A stretch of DNA of 30,344 nucleotides from Polyangiaceae bacterium (lineage in GTDB: Bacteria; Myxococcota_A; Polyangia; Polyangiales; Polyangiaceae): contig DATJEQ010000307.1 in NCBI GenBank assembly GCA_035496495.1, positions 1-30,344 of the forward strand. The letters are read 5' to 3'. The notes under the pieces were generated by a model, which searched no databases, was not told the origin of the DNA, and saw only the letters and a program-made list of their open reading frames with translations. Shown here in pieces: positions 1 to 7,330 of this stretch (position 1 is its first letter; each line of letters opens with the position of its first letter). Made by a program: the position numbers and the translations under genes.

Positions 1-1
1 G

Positions 2-907
2 GCCCAGCTCGCACAAGGCTGCCGATCCCTAAAAGGCGACGAGCGATTCCGGCATTTCTTCAGCAACCTGGAACAGCTGGAGCAACTGGTAAAAGAACGG
101 TCGCAGGCGCTCGCTGGCGACAATCAACAATACGCTGAAGAATCCGCCAAAGTGGATCAGGTCATCGCGGCGAACCAAGCCCAAATCAATGCGATGAACG
201 CGGAACTGATCACCCGCTCGCAAAAGCTCTCGGAGCAACAGCAGCTACTCACGCGCGCCGAAGGGTTGTACAAGCGTCTCTTGATCGAGATCCGCTCACT
301 GAAAAGCGCCGAAGAAGAAGGCAGGATCCAGGGCAAGCCTGTCGATCACGGCACTCGCATCGCTGCCTTGATGGAGCAAGTGCCCAACCATCAGGCCGCG
401 GTTGCCAAGCGCACCGCGGATCGCTCGGCTGTGCAAGCCCATGTGGACGCCGCTCGCAAAGAAGTCGATCGCTTTACCGAAGAAGGTCGTCGCTTGCACA
501 AACAGAAGGCGGAATTCGAGAAGAGTTTCCGCCAGCGCTTGGGCGTGCGCAGCCAGGGTGTGGAAGAGGCGGAGAAAGAGATCCTTGCAGAGGGCGCCCA
601 CATCGCGCGCGGTCTTTTGAGCCAACGCGGCGGCATCGCCATTCCAGAAGAGGCGTTGGACGCAGTGCGCACAGCGGATGCGGAGGTGTTGCGCGAAATG
701 AAGACCCAGCGCCTGCTCGAAATGGCGCTCACTGCCTACGATCACAACTGTTACAAACAAGGAAGAAATTTCATCATCGCCGCTGTGGTGGTTCTGGTGA
801 TGATCGTCGTCATCAAGGTGGTCGGCTCCCACCAGCCCGACGAAAGCGACGATTCCTCATCTGAGAGCTCGCGCATCACTTGTGTTGAATTACAGCGTCC
901 AGTGTGA
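2..907 (+). CDS. Hypothetical coiled-coil protein with a C-terminal transmembrane helix (5'-truncated)
   Basis: The frame of ORF 152..907 stays open back to position 2 (AQLAQGCRSLKGDERF...). The protein is E/Q/K/R/A-rich and helical, followed by the hydrophobic FIIAAVVVLVMIVVIKVV. No family recognised. Confidence 0.7.
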   Translation, partial: AQLAQGCRSLKGDERFRHFFSNLEQLEQLVKERSQALAGDNQQYAEESAKVDQVIAANQAQINAMNAELITRSQKLSEQQQLLTRAEGLYKRLLIEIRSLKSAEEEGRIQGKPVDHGTRIAALMEQVPNHQAAVAKRTADRSAVQAHVDAARKEVDRFTEEGRRLHKQKAEFEKSFRQRLGVRSQGVEEAEKEILAEGAHIARGLLSQRGGIAIPEEALDAVRTADAEVLREMKTQRLLEMALTAYDHNCYKQGRNFIIAAVVVLVMIVVIKVVGSHQPDESDDSSSESSRITCVELQRPV

Positions 908-940
908 AAACCTGCCGCGAAATGAGGCTCCGGTAGATCT

Positions 941-2197
941 GTGACTTCCGTGCCCCCCGGCGACGGCTCTGCCTTCGCCTCATTCCGCTTTCGCGATTTT
1001 CGGTTGTATCAGGCCGCGCGCCTGCTCAGTGTGATCGGTCTGCAAATGCAGACAGTCGCTGTGGGCTGGCAAGTCTACGCGCTCACGCACAGCCCATTGC
1101 AATTAGGCTACGTGGGCCTGGTTCAATTCCTGCCGGCTGTGGGCTTTGCCCTGCTCACAGGCGATGCGGCAGATCGTTTTGATCGTCGCAATCTTTTGGG
1201 GCTGTCGAGTTTGCTGCTCACCTTGGGGGGCGTGATGCTGTGGATCTTCAGCTTTCAAGCGATGGCTCCGCTGCTCGGGATCTACTTCGCAGCAACCGTC
1301 GTCGGCACCGCCCGCGCTATCTCCAGCCCCGCGGGGCAGGCGCTGGTGCCCAACTTGGTGCCGATCGAATTCTTTCCCAATGCCGTGGCTTGGAGCAGCT
1401 CCATTTGGCAGGTGTCCACTGCAGTGGGCCCTGCCATAGGCGGCCTCGTCTACGCCTTGAGCGGAAGCCCGCGGGGCGTCTACGGCTGCACCGTCGTGCT
1501 CGAATTGCTCACCACCTGTCTTTACTTCAACATCCGTACCAGGAGTCGAGGCACACCCAAGACAGAGGGCTATTGGCACCGCTTGAGCGCAGGCATTCGC
1601 TACGTCTGGCGGCACAAAGCGATCTTGGGTGCCATTTCTCTGGATCTTTTCGCCGTGCTTTTTGGCGGTGCTGTGGCGTTGCTGCCCGTATTCGCCAGCG
1701 ACATCCTGCATGTTGGGCCTTCCGGATTAGGGTGGCTGCGTAGCGCGCCCTCCCTCGGCGCGGTGCTGATGGCCCTGATCCTGGCAAAGAAGCCGGTGGA
1801 GCGGCACGCGGGCCGCACATTGTTCAGCTGCGTCGCGCTTTTTGGCTTGTCGATGATCGCCTTTGGCCTGTCGCGCAACTTTTGGCTCTCACTGGCGTTG
1901 CTCACGTTTTCCGGGGCCGTCGACATGGTGAGCGTCGTGATGCGTCACACCTTGGTGCAACTGCACACTCCCGATGACATGCGCGGCCGCGTGGGCGCAG
2001 TGAGCCTGATTTTCGTGGGCGCCTCTAACGAGCTGGGCGAATTTGAATCCGGCATCACGGCAAGCGCTTTCGGCACGGTGCCGTCCGTAGCCCTAGGCGG
2101 CCTCGCCACCTTGGCCGTGGTGCTCATTTGGTCGCGCTTGTTCCCCACCTTGCGACAGGTGGATCGATTGCATGCCACTCACGCAGAACACGCCTAG
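941..2197 (+). CDS. MFS transporter (EntS/MFS_3-like, substrate unknown)
   Basis: 418 aa with about 12 hydrophobic segments. It has an MFS motif A-like [10 protein letters not shown] and a PDDMRGRV loop before the last helices. Confidence 0.9.
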   Translation: MTSVPPGDGSAFASFRFRDFRLYQAARLLSVIGLQMQTVAVGWQVYALTHSPLQLGYVGLVQFLPAVGFALLTGDAADRFDRRNLLGLSSLLLTLGGVMLWIFSFQAMAPLLGIYFAATVVGTARAISSPAGQALVPNLVPIEFFPNAVAWSSSIWQVSTAVGPAIGGLVYALSGSPRGVYGCTVVLELLTTCLYFNIRTRSRGTPKTEGYWHRLSAGIRYVWRHKAILGAISLDLFAVLFGGAVALLPVFASDILHVGPSGLGWLRSAPSLGAVLMALILAKKPVERHAGRTLFSCVALFGLSMIAFGLSRNFWLSLALLTFSGAVDMVSVVMRHTLVQLHTPDDMRGRVGAVSLIFVGASNELGEFESGITASAFGTVPSVALGGLATLAVVLIWSRLFPTLRQVDRLHATHAEHA

Positions 2198-3768
2198 AGC
2201 GGGATGTTGCCGTGCTTTCGGCTGGGGTTCTTATCCCGCTTATTCTTGAGCAGCTCCAAGTAACTGGCCAGACGCAGGCGCACTTCCTTGGGATCGATCA
2301 CCTCGTCGATGAAGCCCAACTCAGCAGCCTTGTACGGGCTGGCAAACTTCTGCCGGTATTCCTCGACGAACACCGCGCGCGCCGCATTCGGATCGGGCGC
2401 TTCATTGATCGCCTGACGGTGGATGATGTTCACGGCGCCTTCCGGCCCCATCACGGCGATCTCCGCCGTTGGAAAGGCGAGGTTCACATCCGCGCGAATG
2501 TGTTTGCTGTTCATCACGTCGTACGCGCCGCCGTAAGCCTTGCGCGTGATAACAGTGAGCTTTGGTACGGTTGCTTCGCAGAACGCATACAACAACTTGG
2601 CCCCGTGAACGATGATGCCGCCCTGCTCTTGCGCCACCCCCGGCAAGAACCCGGGAACATCCACCCAAACCAAGAGTGGGATGTTGAAGGCATCACAAAA
2701 ACGCACAAAACGCGCCGCTTTGACGCTCCCGTCGATATCCAGCACGCCCGCGAGCACCGCAGGCTGATTGGCCACAATGCCCACGCTTCGGCCGCCAATG
2801 CGCGCAAAGCCCACAATCATGTTCTTGGCGAAATGCTCGTGCACCTCGAACAAATCCCCCTCGTCGACCACGGCCCGGATCACGCGCTTCATGTCGTAAG
2901 GCTTGTTGCTTTCCTTAGGGATCAATTGCTCCAACTCTGGAACGGCGCGCGTCGTCGGGTCAGTGTTGCTCTTTATGGGCGCACCATCCAGGTTGTTCGC
3001 GGGCAAGAAAGCGAGCAGCCGTCGCAGTTGTTGCAAGCAGTCTGCGTCGTCCTGCGCCACAAAGTGTGCCACCCCACTGTGTTGCGCGTGGGTCATCGCG
3101 CCGCCCAAGTCTTCTTTGCTCACCTCCTCATGGGTGACGGCGCGGATCACGTCGGGCCCGGTAATGAACATGTGACTGGTGCCGTTGACCATGAACACGA
3201 AATCCGTGATCGCTGGGGAATACACAGCGCCGCCCGCGCACGGCCCCATCACGCAACTGATCTGCGGGATCACCCCGCTGCACAGCGTATTGCGTAGAAA
3301 TATATCCGCGTAGCCCGCGAGCGCGCTGACCCCCTCTTGAATGCGCGCGCCGCCTGAATCATTGAGCCCCACCACGGGTGCGCCCACTTTGAGTGCCAGA
3401 TCCATCACTTTCGTGATCTTTTTCGCGTGCGCTTCTCCCAAAGTGCCGCCCAGCACCGTGAAATCCTGCGCGAACACACAAATCCTGCGGCCGTCGACCA
3501 GGCCATAACCCACCACGACACCGTCGCCGGGCAATGAACGATCCTGCAATCCGAATTCGCTTGAACGCGAAGTGACGAAGCGATCCATTTCCACAAACGT
3601 GCCCGGATCGAGCAGCAAATCGATGCGCTCGCGCGCGGTCAACTTGCCCGCCTCATGCTGCTTGGCAATTCGCTCCGCGCCCCCGCCCGCCAGCGCCACC
3701 GCATCGCGCCGCACCAGTTCATCACCCGGCGCGTCCGCCGCTTTCGAATCACTGCGCGGCTTGGTCAT
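2194..3768 (-). CDS. pccB: Acyl-CoA carboxylase carboxyltransferase beta subunit (propionyl-CoA carboxylase beta / methylmalonyl-CoA decarboxylase alpha type)
   Basis: Motifs [41 protein letters not shown] and the C-terminal KHGNIPL. The exact acyl-CoA substrate cannot be determined from the sequence. Confidence 0.9.
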   Translation of the reverse strand: MTKPRSDSKAADAPGDELVRRDAVALAGGGAERIAKQHEAGKLTARERIDLLLDPGTFVEMDRFVTSRSSEFGLQDRSLPGDGVVVGYGLVDGRRICVFAQDFTVLGGTLGEAHAKKITKVMDLALKVGAPVVGLNDSGGARIQEGVSALAGYADIFLRNTLCSGVIPQISCVMGPCAGGAVYSPAITDFVFMVNGTSHMFITGPDVIRAVTHEEVSKEDLGGAMTHAQHSGVAHFVAQDDADCLQQLRRLLAFLPANNLDGAPIKSNTDPTTRAVPELEQLIPKESNKPYDMKRVIRAVVDEGDLFEVHEHFAKNMIVGFARIGGRSVGIVANQPAVLAGVLDIDGSVKAARFVRFCDAFNIPLLVWVDVPGFLPGVAQEQGGIIVHGAKLLYAFCEATVPKLTVITRKAYGGAYDVMNSKHIRADVNLAFPTAEIAVMGPEGAVNIIHRQAINEAPDPNAARAVFVEEYRQKFASPYKAAELGFIDEVIDPKEVRLRLASYLELLKNKRDKNPSRKHGNIPL

Positions 3769-3870
3769 CCCAATTCGGTATCACGGCCTGCGTCGGGCGG
3801 CACCCCTCAGACGGGAGAGTCGAAAACTTCGCAGGTTGACTGAGCAAATGAGCTGCGTCATACAGATCGA

Positions 3871-4079
3871 ATGACAAGGCGCCCGAACGCTCGAGTGACC
3901 GACGATCTGGCGCGGCAAGCGAGCCATTTACGCCAGCTCACAGGCCGCTCCGAGGGGCCCGAAAATCTGTCCAATGACTACAAGCCCCTCCTTGCGGATT
4001 CTCTGGCGAGGAAACACGGGGTAGCCAGGCCAACGCAAGAGGCGTCACGCGCTCGAAAGCGTGAGCCGGGCCATTGACA
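3871..4079 (+). ncRNA. Candidate structured non-coding RNA (6S-RNA-like rod with central bubble)
   Basis: Seven or more nested short helices symmetric around ~3971 (see findings). TTGACT at 3836-3841 with a weak -10 (CATACA, 3859-3864) would put +1 near 3871. The call rests on shape only, I saw no 6S primary-sequence motif, and the strand is uncertain. Confidence 0.35.
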
Positions 4080-4162
4080 CCCGCGATTTCGGCGCCTACC
4101 GGTGGAAGAATAGGAAGCCGTTCGAAAATCTGCTGCGACTCTGACGCCCGCACGCGTTGCGA

Positions 4163-5299
4163 TCAAACCGGCGGATCGAAGTAGTCCACTTCGACATTGC
4201 GCGGCGTGATGAAGCGCGTAATGCCGGCTTCGCTGCTGAGCACGTAGTTCGGCGCGAGGGGGACTTTGCCGAAGCCCCCGGGGGTGTCGACGATGAACTT
4301 GGGCAGCGCGATGCCGCTCAATTGGCCTTGCAACGCCCGCACGATTTCCAATCCTCGTGCAATCGGTGTGCGCAAATGGCCGGTACCTTTGACGGGGTCG
4401 GCTTGCAGCAAATAATACGGTCGGACCCGCTCGCGCACTAGGCCGCGAAATAGCGCACTGAGCACCGCAGGATCGTCGTTCACGCCGCGCAGCAGCACTG
4501 TTTGATTCATCACCGGGAAGCCGGCATTGGCCAGATCGCGACACGCTTGCCGCGCCCGTTCGGTCAATTCCTTGGGGTGATTGAAGTGCGTCATGATCCA
4601 CAGCGGATGAAACGGGGCTAGCGCGCTCAGCAGTTCACCCGTGATGCGCTGGGGCAATACCACCGGCACCCGCGTGCCAATGCGGATCGTCTCCACGCTG
4701 GGCACCGCGCGTACCGCCGCCACGATGTCGCGGATCTTCTCGCTCGCCATCACCAGTGGATCCCCGCCACTGATGATCACATCGCGAATTTCCGGGTGAT
4801 CCTTTAGGTACTGCAGCGCGGGGCCCAATCGATCTAGTGACCGCGGCCCACCGCCGTCCCCCACCATTCTGCTGCGCGTGCAGAAGCGGCAGTACACCGC
4901 ACAGCGATCGCTCACGAGTAACAGCGCGCGATCGGGGTAACGCTGCACCAGATCCGGCGCCACCTCGTGCGCCACTTCACCCAACGGATCGTGCAAATCG
5001 CCGGGCGCTGAATCGCCCTCTTCAATGCGTGGCACCACTTGCCTTCGAATTGGGCACTGCGGATCGTGTGCGTCAATCAGCGACAGATAATGCGGCGTGA
5101 TCGAAATAGGAAAGCCGCTTTCTTGAGCGCGCTGCGCGCCCGTCAATTCTTCGGCTGAAAGATCGATGACCTGGGCCAACTGATCGGCCCGCGTGACGGC
5201 ATTTTGCAGCTGCCAGCGCCAATCGTCGCTGCGCTCAACGTCACGGAGCTGACCCTCCACGAGCGGTGGTGTTCTCTTCAGCTGCACCAAGGAGCTCAT
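4163..5299 (-). CDS. KamA-family radical SAM aminomutase (lysine 2,3-aminomutase / EpmB-like)
   Basis: WRWQL N-terminus, CxxxCxxC (CAVYCRFC), SGGDPL, THFNHPKE, NQTVLLRGVND, PYYL and the PLP-lysine region PGGFGK. Confidence 0.92.
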   Translation of the reverse strand: MSSLVQLKRTPPLVEGQLRDVERSDDWRWQLQNAVTRADQLAQVIDLSAEELTGAQRAQESGFPISITPHYLSLIDAHDPQCPIRRQVVPRIEEGDSAPGDLHDPLGEVAHEVAPDLVQRYPDRALLLVSDRCAVYCRFCTRSRMVGDGGGPRSLDRLGPALQYLKDHPEIRDVIISGGDPLVMASEKIRDIVAAVRAVPSVETIRIGTRVPVVLPQRITGELLSALAPFHPLWIMTHFNHPKELTERARQACRDLANAGFPVMNQTVLLRGVNDDPAVLSALFRGLVRERVRPYYLLQADPVKGTGHLRTPIARGLEIVRALQGQLSGIALPKFIVDTPGGFGKVPLAPNYVLSSEAGITRFITPRNVEVDYFDPPV

Positions 5300-6342
5300 G
5301 GTTTGGGCTCGTTGGGCACTTTGATCTGCGCCAGCGCCGCTTCGTTGATAGTGACAGGAATGGTCTTCTTCAAATCCGCGATCAACTCAGCTTCTTTCTG
5401 CTCGGCGATCTCCTGCAACACGCGGACGCGGATGGTGCGCTCGGCTTCGGCGAAACTGCGATCGCGCTCGGGGCTGATACCCATCAGTCGAACGATGTGC
5501 AACTCATCGTTGTATTCCACCAGACCATCATAAACCTGCCCCACCTTGTTCAAGGTGAACAACGCTTTGCGCACGGGTTCGGGCACGCTGAGGTTCTCCC
5601 CTCGTTCGCTACCCGGTGCGCTCACCAGCCCCAAATCCCCAGTCAGCTCCTGGGGTTTATCATCCTGCTTGTCAGCGCTGATCGAGCTGGATTTATCGAG
5701 CGAATAGCGTTTGACCAGATCGCCCCATTGCTCAGGGCTCGCCGTTTTTGCCTGACTCAAAACTTGCTCAGCCTCGCTGCGCTCATGAAGCAGGATGTGT
5801 GAAACGCGACGTCGCTCGGGCTCCCGCAATTCATTACGATGCGCGTCGTAATATTCATGCAACCGCGCGGCCGGCAAATCCTCCAGCTTGGGCAGGTTGT
5901 TCTTCTGCCTGCGCAACATCTCGTCTCGCAGCAGCTGCCGCAACATCTCCTGCGCCTCGGCGCTCTTATCCAATCCGCGGCGCTCTGCTTCACGCGCTAG
6001 TAGCTCCACCGTGATGATCTCGTTGAGCAGCGCCAAGCGACGCTCTGGCGTCTGATAGCGTCGGCGCTCGAATTGATCCATCCGCTCGAGCGTCGCGGCG
6101 TAGTCGCCCAGCGTGATGGTGCGCCCGCCCACTTTGGCCAGCACCTTGCCCGCGAGGTCGGCGGTCAACTGCTCGGGCGGAATTTGAGCGGAGGGCGCCG
6201 CCAACGGCTCAGCGGCATCCTTGTCGCAGCCTGTCAAAAGCAGCGCTGTGAGCGAAAGGGCGGGCACAGCAGGCGCGGCCCTGAAGAGAGCGCTCAGCCA
6301 AACCCTTGGCACGCGATTGCCCCCGGGGCGAACGACTCCCAT
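5296..6342 (-). CDS. Parvulin/PpiC-type peptidyl-prolyl isomerase lipoprotein (PrsA/SurA-like)
   Basis: Lipobox LLTGC, VLAKVGGRTITL N-domain, and a parvulin core RRVSHILL...YSLD...GDLG...LHIVRL. The ORF track starts at 6444, but I prefer ATG 6342 because it gives a normal signal-peptide length and has a TAGTAT -10-like hexamer 11 nt upstream. Confidence 0.82.
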   Translation of the reverse strand: MGVVRPGGNRVPRVWLSALFRAAPAVPALSLTALLLTGCDKDAAEPLAAPSAQIPPEQLTADLAGKVLAKVGGRTITLGDYAATLERMDQFERRRYQTPERRLALLNEIITVELLAREAERRGLDKSAEAQEMLRQLLRDEMLRRQKNNLPKLEDLPAARLHEYYDAHRNELREPERRRVSHILLHERSEAEQVLSQAKTASPEQWGDLVKRYSLDKSSSISADKQDDKPQELTGDLGLVSAPGSERGENLSVPEPVRKALFTLNKVGQVYDGLVEYNDELHIVRLMGISPERDRSFAEAERTIRVRVLQEIAEQKEAELIADLKKTIPVTINEAALAQIKVPNEPKP

Positions 6343-6463
6343 GGATCGGGCACATACTACGACCGGCCCACCCTCGCCACCCCAAGGCAGCGTTCCAGCA
6401 GATGGGGGCAATCTGTGCGCACCTGCATTGCGCTCGCGCCGCACACTGAGTAAGCCTGGCCGC

Positions 6464-7195
6464 GTGCCGTCACCCCATGCCCAGCTGCGTTACCGCCGTG
6501 TTGTGCTCAAGCTGAGTGGCGAAGCCTTGTGTGGGAAAGAGGGCGGTTACGGCATTGACACGCAGACTTTGAAAGATACCGCACGCGAACTCGGCGAGGT
6601 GCATCGCACGGGTGTGCAGATCGGTATTGTCGTCGGTGGCGGCAACATCTTTCGTGGACTCAAGGGCGCAAGCCAAGGGATGGACCGCGCGCAGAGCGAT
6701 TTCATGGGCATGCTCGCCACGGTGATCAATTCACTGGCCATGCAAGACGCGCTGGAGCGCGAGAATGTCCCGACGCGGGTGATGACCGCATTGGAGATCC
6801 GGCAGGTGGCCGAGCCGTACATCCGCCGAAAAGCCATGAAGCACCTCGATCAGGGTTGCATCACCATCTTCGCCGCAGGTACAGGCAACCCATATTTTTC
6901 CACTGATACCGCTGCGGCGCTGCGCGCGATGGAGATCCGAGCCGAGGCGCTGCTCAAGGCCACCAAGGTCGACGGGGTGTACGACCGCGATCCGAACCGT
7001 CACAAAGACGCAAAGATGTACGAAAGCGTCAGTTACGATGCGTTTCTGAGCCAACACTTGGGCGTGATGGATTCAACCGCCGTCACCCTCTGCCGCGAGA
7101 ACGGTATGCCAATCCGGGTTTTCCGCATGACGCCGGGCAATATTCGGCGCGTGTGCCTGGGTGAAAACGTCGGCACAACCGTTCAGGAAAGCTGA
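6464..7195 (+). CDS. pyrH: Uridylate (UMP) kinase
   Basis: YRRVVLKLSGEAL, IVVGGGNIFRG, DFMGMLATVIN, GTGNPYFSTDTAAALRA, KVDGVY and VMDSTA. GTG 6464 gives 243 aa. The longer ORF from 6221 would overlap the divergent PPIase gene. Confidence 0.95.
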   Translation: MPSPHAQLRYRRVVLKLSGEALCGKEGGYGIDTQTLKDTARELGEVHRTGVQIGIVVGGGNIFRGLKGASQGMDRAQSDFMGMLATVINSLAMQDALERENVPTRVMTALEIRQVAEPYIRRKAMKHLDQGCITIFAAGTGNPYFSTDTAAALRAMEIRAEALLKATKVDGVYDRDPNRHKDAKMYESVSYDAFLSQHLGVMDSTAVTLCRENGMPIRVFRMTPGNIRRVCLGENVGTTVQES

Positions 7196-7272
7196 AAATC
7201 CGCGCCGCGGGTGCGGCTTCGCAGCGTTTCAGGACTAAATCGCGCGCCTTTGCACGTTATTGCCACCGGACG

Positions 7273-7301
7273 TTGCGGCGATCGGTGACCGCCTCTACAG
7301 T
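7273..7301 (+). promoter_or_regulatory. Putative sigma70-type promoter of the ccmF operon
   Basis: TTGCGG (7273-7278), 17-nt spacer, TACAGT (7296-7301), about 30 nt upstream of the ccmF start. Confidence 0.5.
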
Positions 7302-7330
7302 CCAAGAGACCACGGGCCAGAAACTGGTCA

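Noticed and set aside
2194-2197. Convergent MFS and pccB stop codons sharing the palindrome CTAG
   Set aside because: This is a common compact arrangement for convergent genes, and there is no evidence of a special function.
2128-3297. 389-aa + strand ORF and other long antisense ORFs (e.g. 14477-15580, 18338-19147, 20928-21758, 27217-28035)
   Set aside because: Each lies opposite a well-recognised conserved gene and has no family motifs. Stop-poor shadow frames are expected in GC-rich coding DNA.
3871-4077. 68-aa ORF starting exactly at the putative TSS of the rod-like element
   Set aside because: No recognisable motif or RBS, and the strong self-complementarity favours an RNA function. 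It is not called as a CDS, although a leaderless peptide cannot be fully excluded.
4074-4102. Perfect TTGACA with TACCGG 17 nt downstream, pointing antisense into kamA
   Set aside because: The -10 is poor, there is no + strand gene downstream, and the hexamer is explained as the 3' arm of the rod's closing stem.
6221-6463. Apparent overlap of N-terminally extended pyrH and PPIase ORFs
   Set aside because: Homology-based lengths and the lipobox position favour starts at 6464 and 6342, which removes the overlap.
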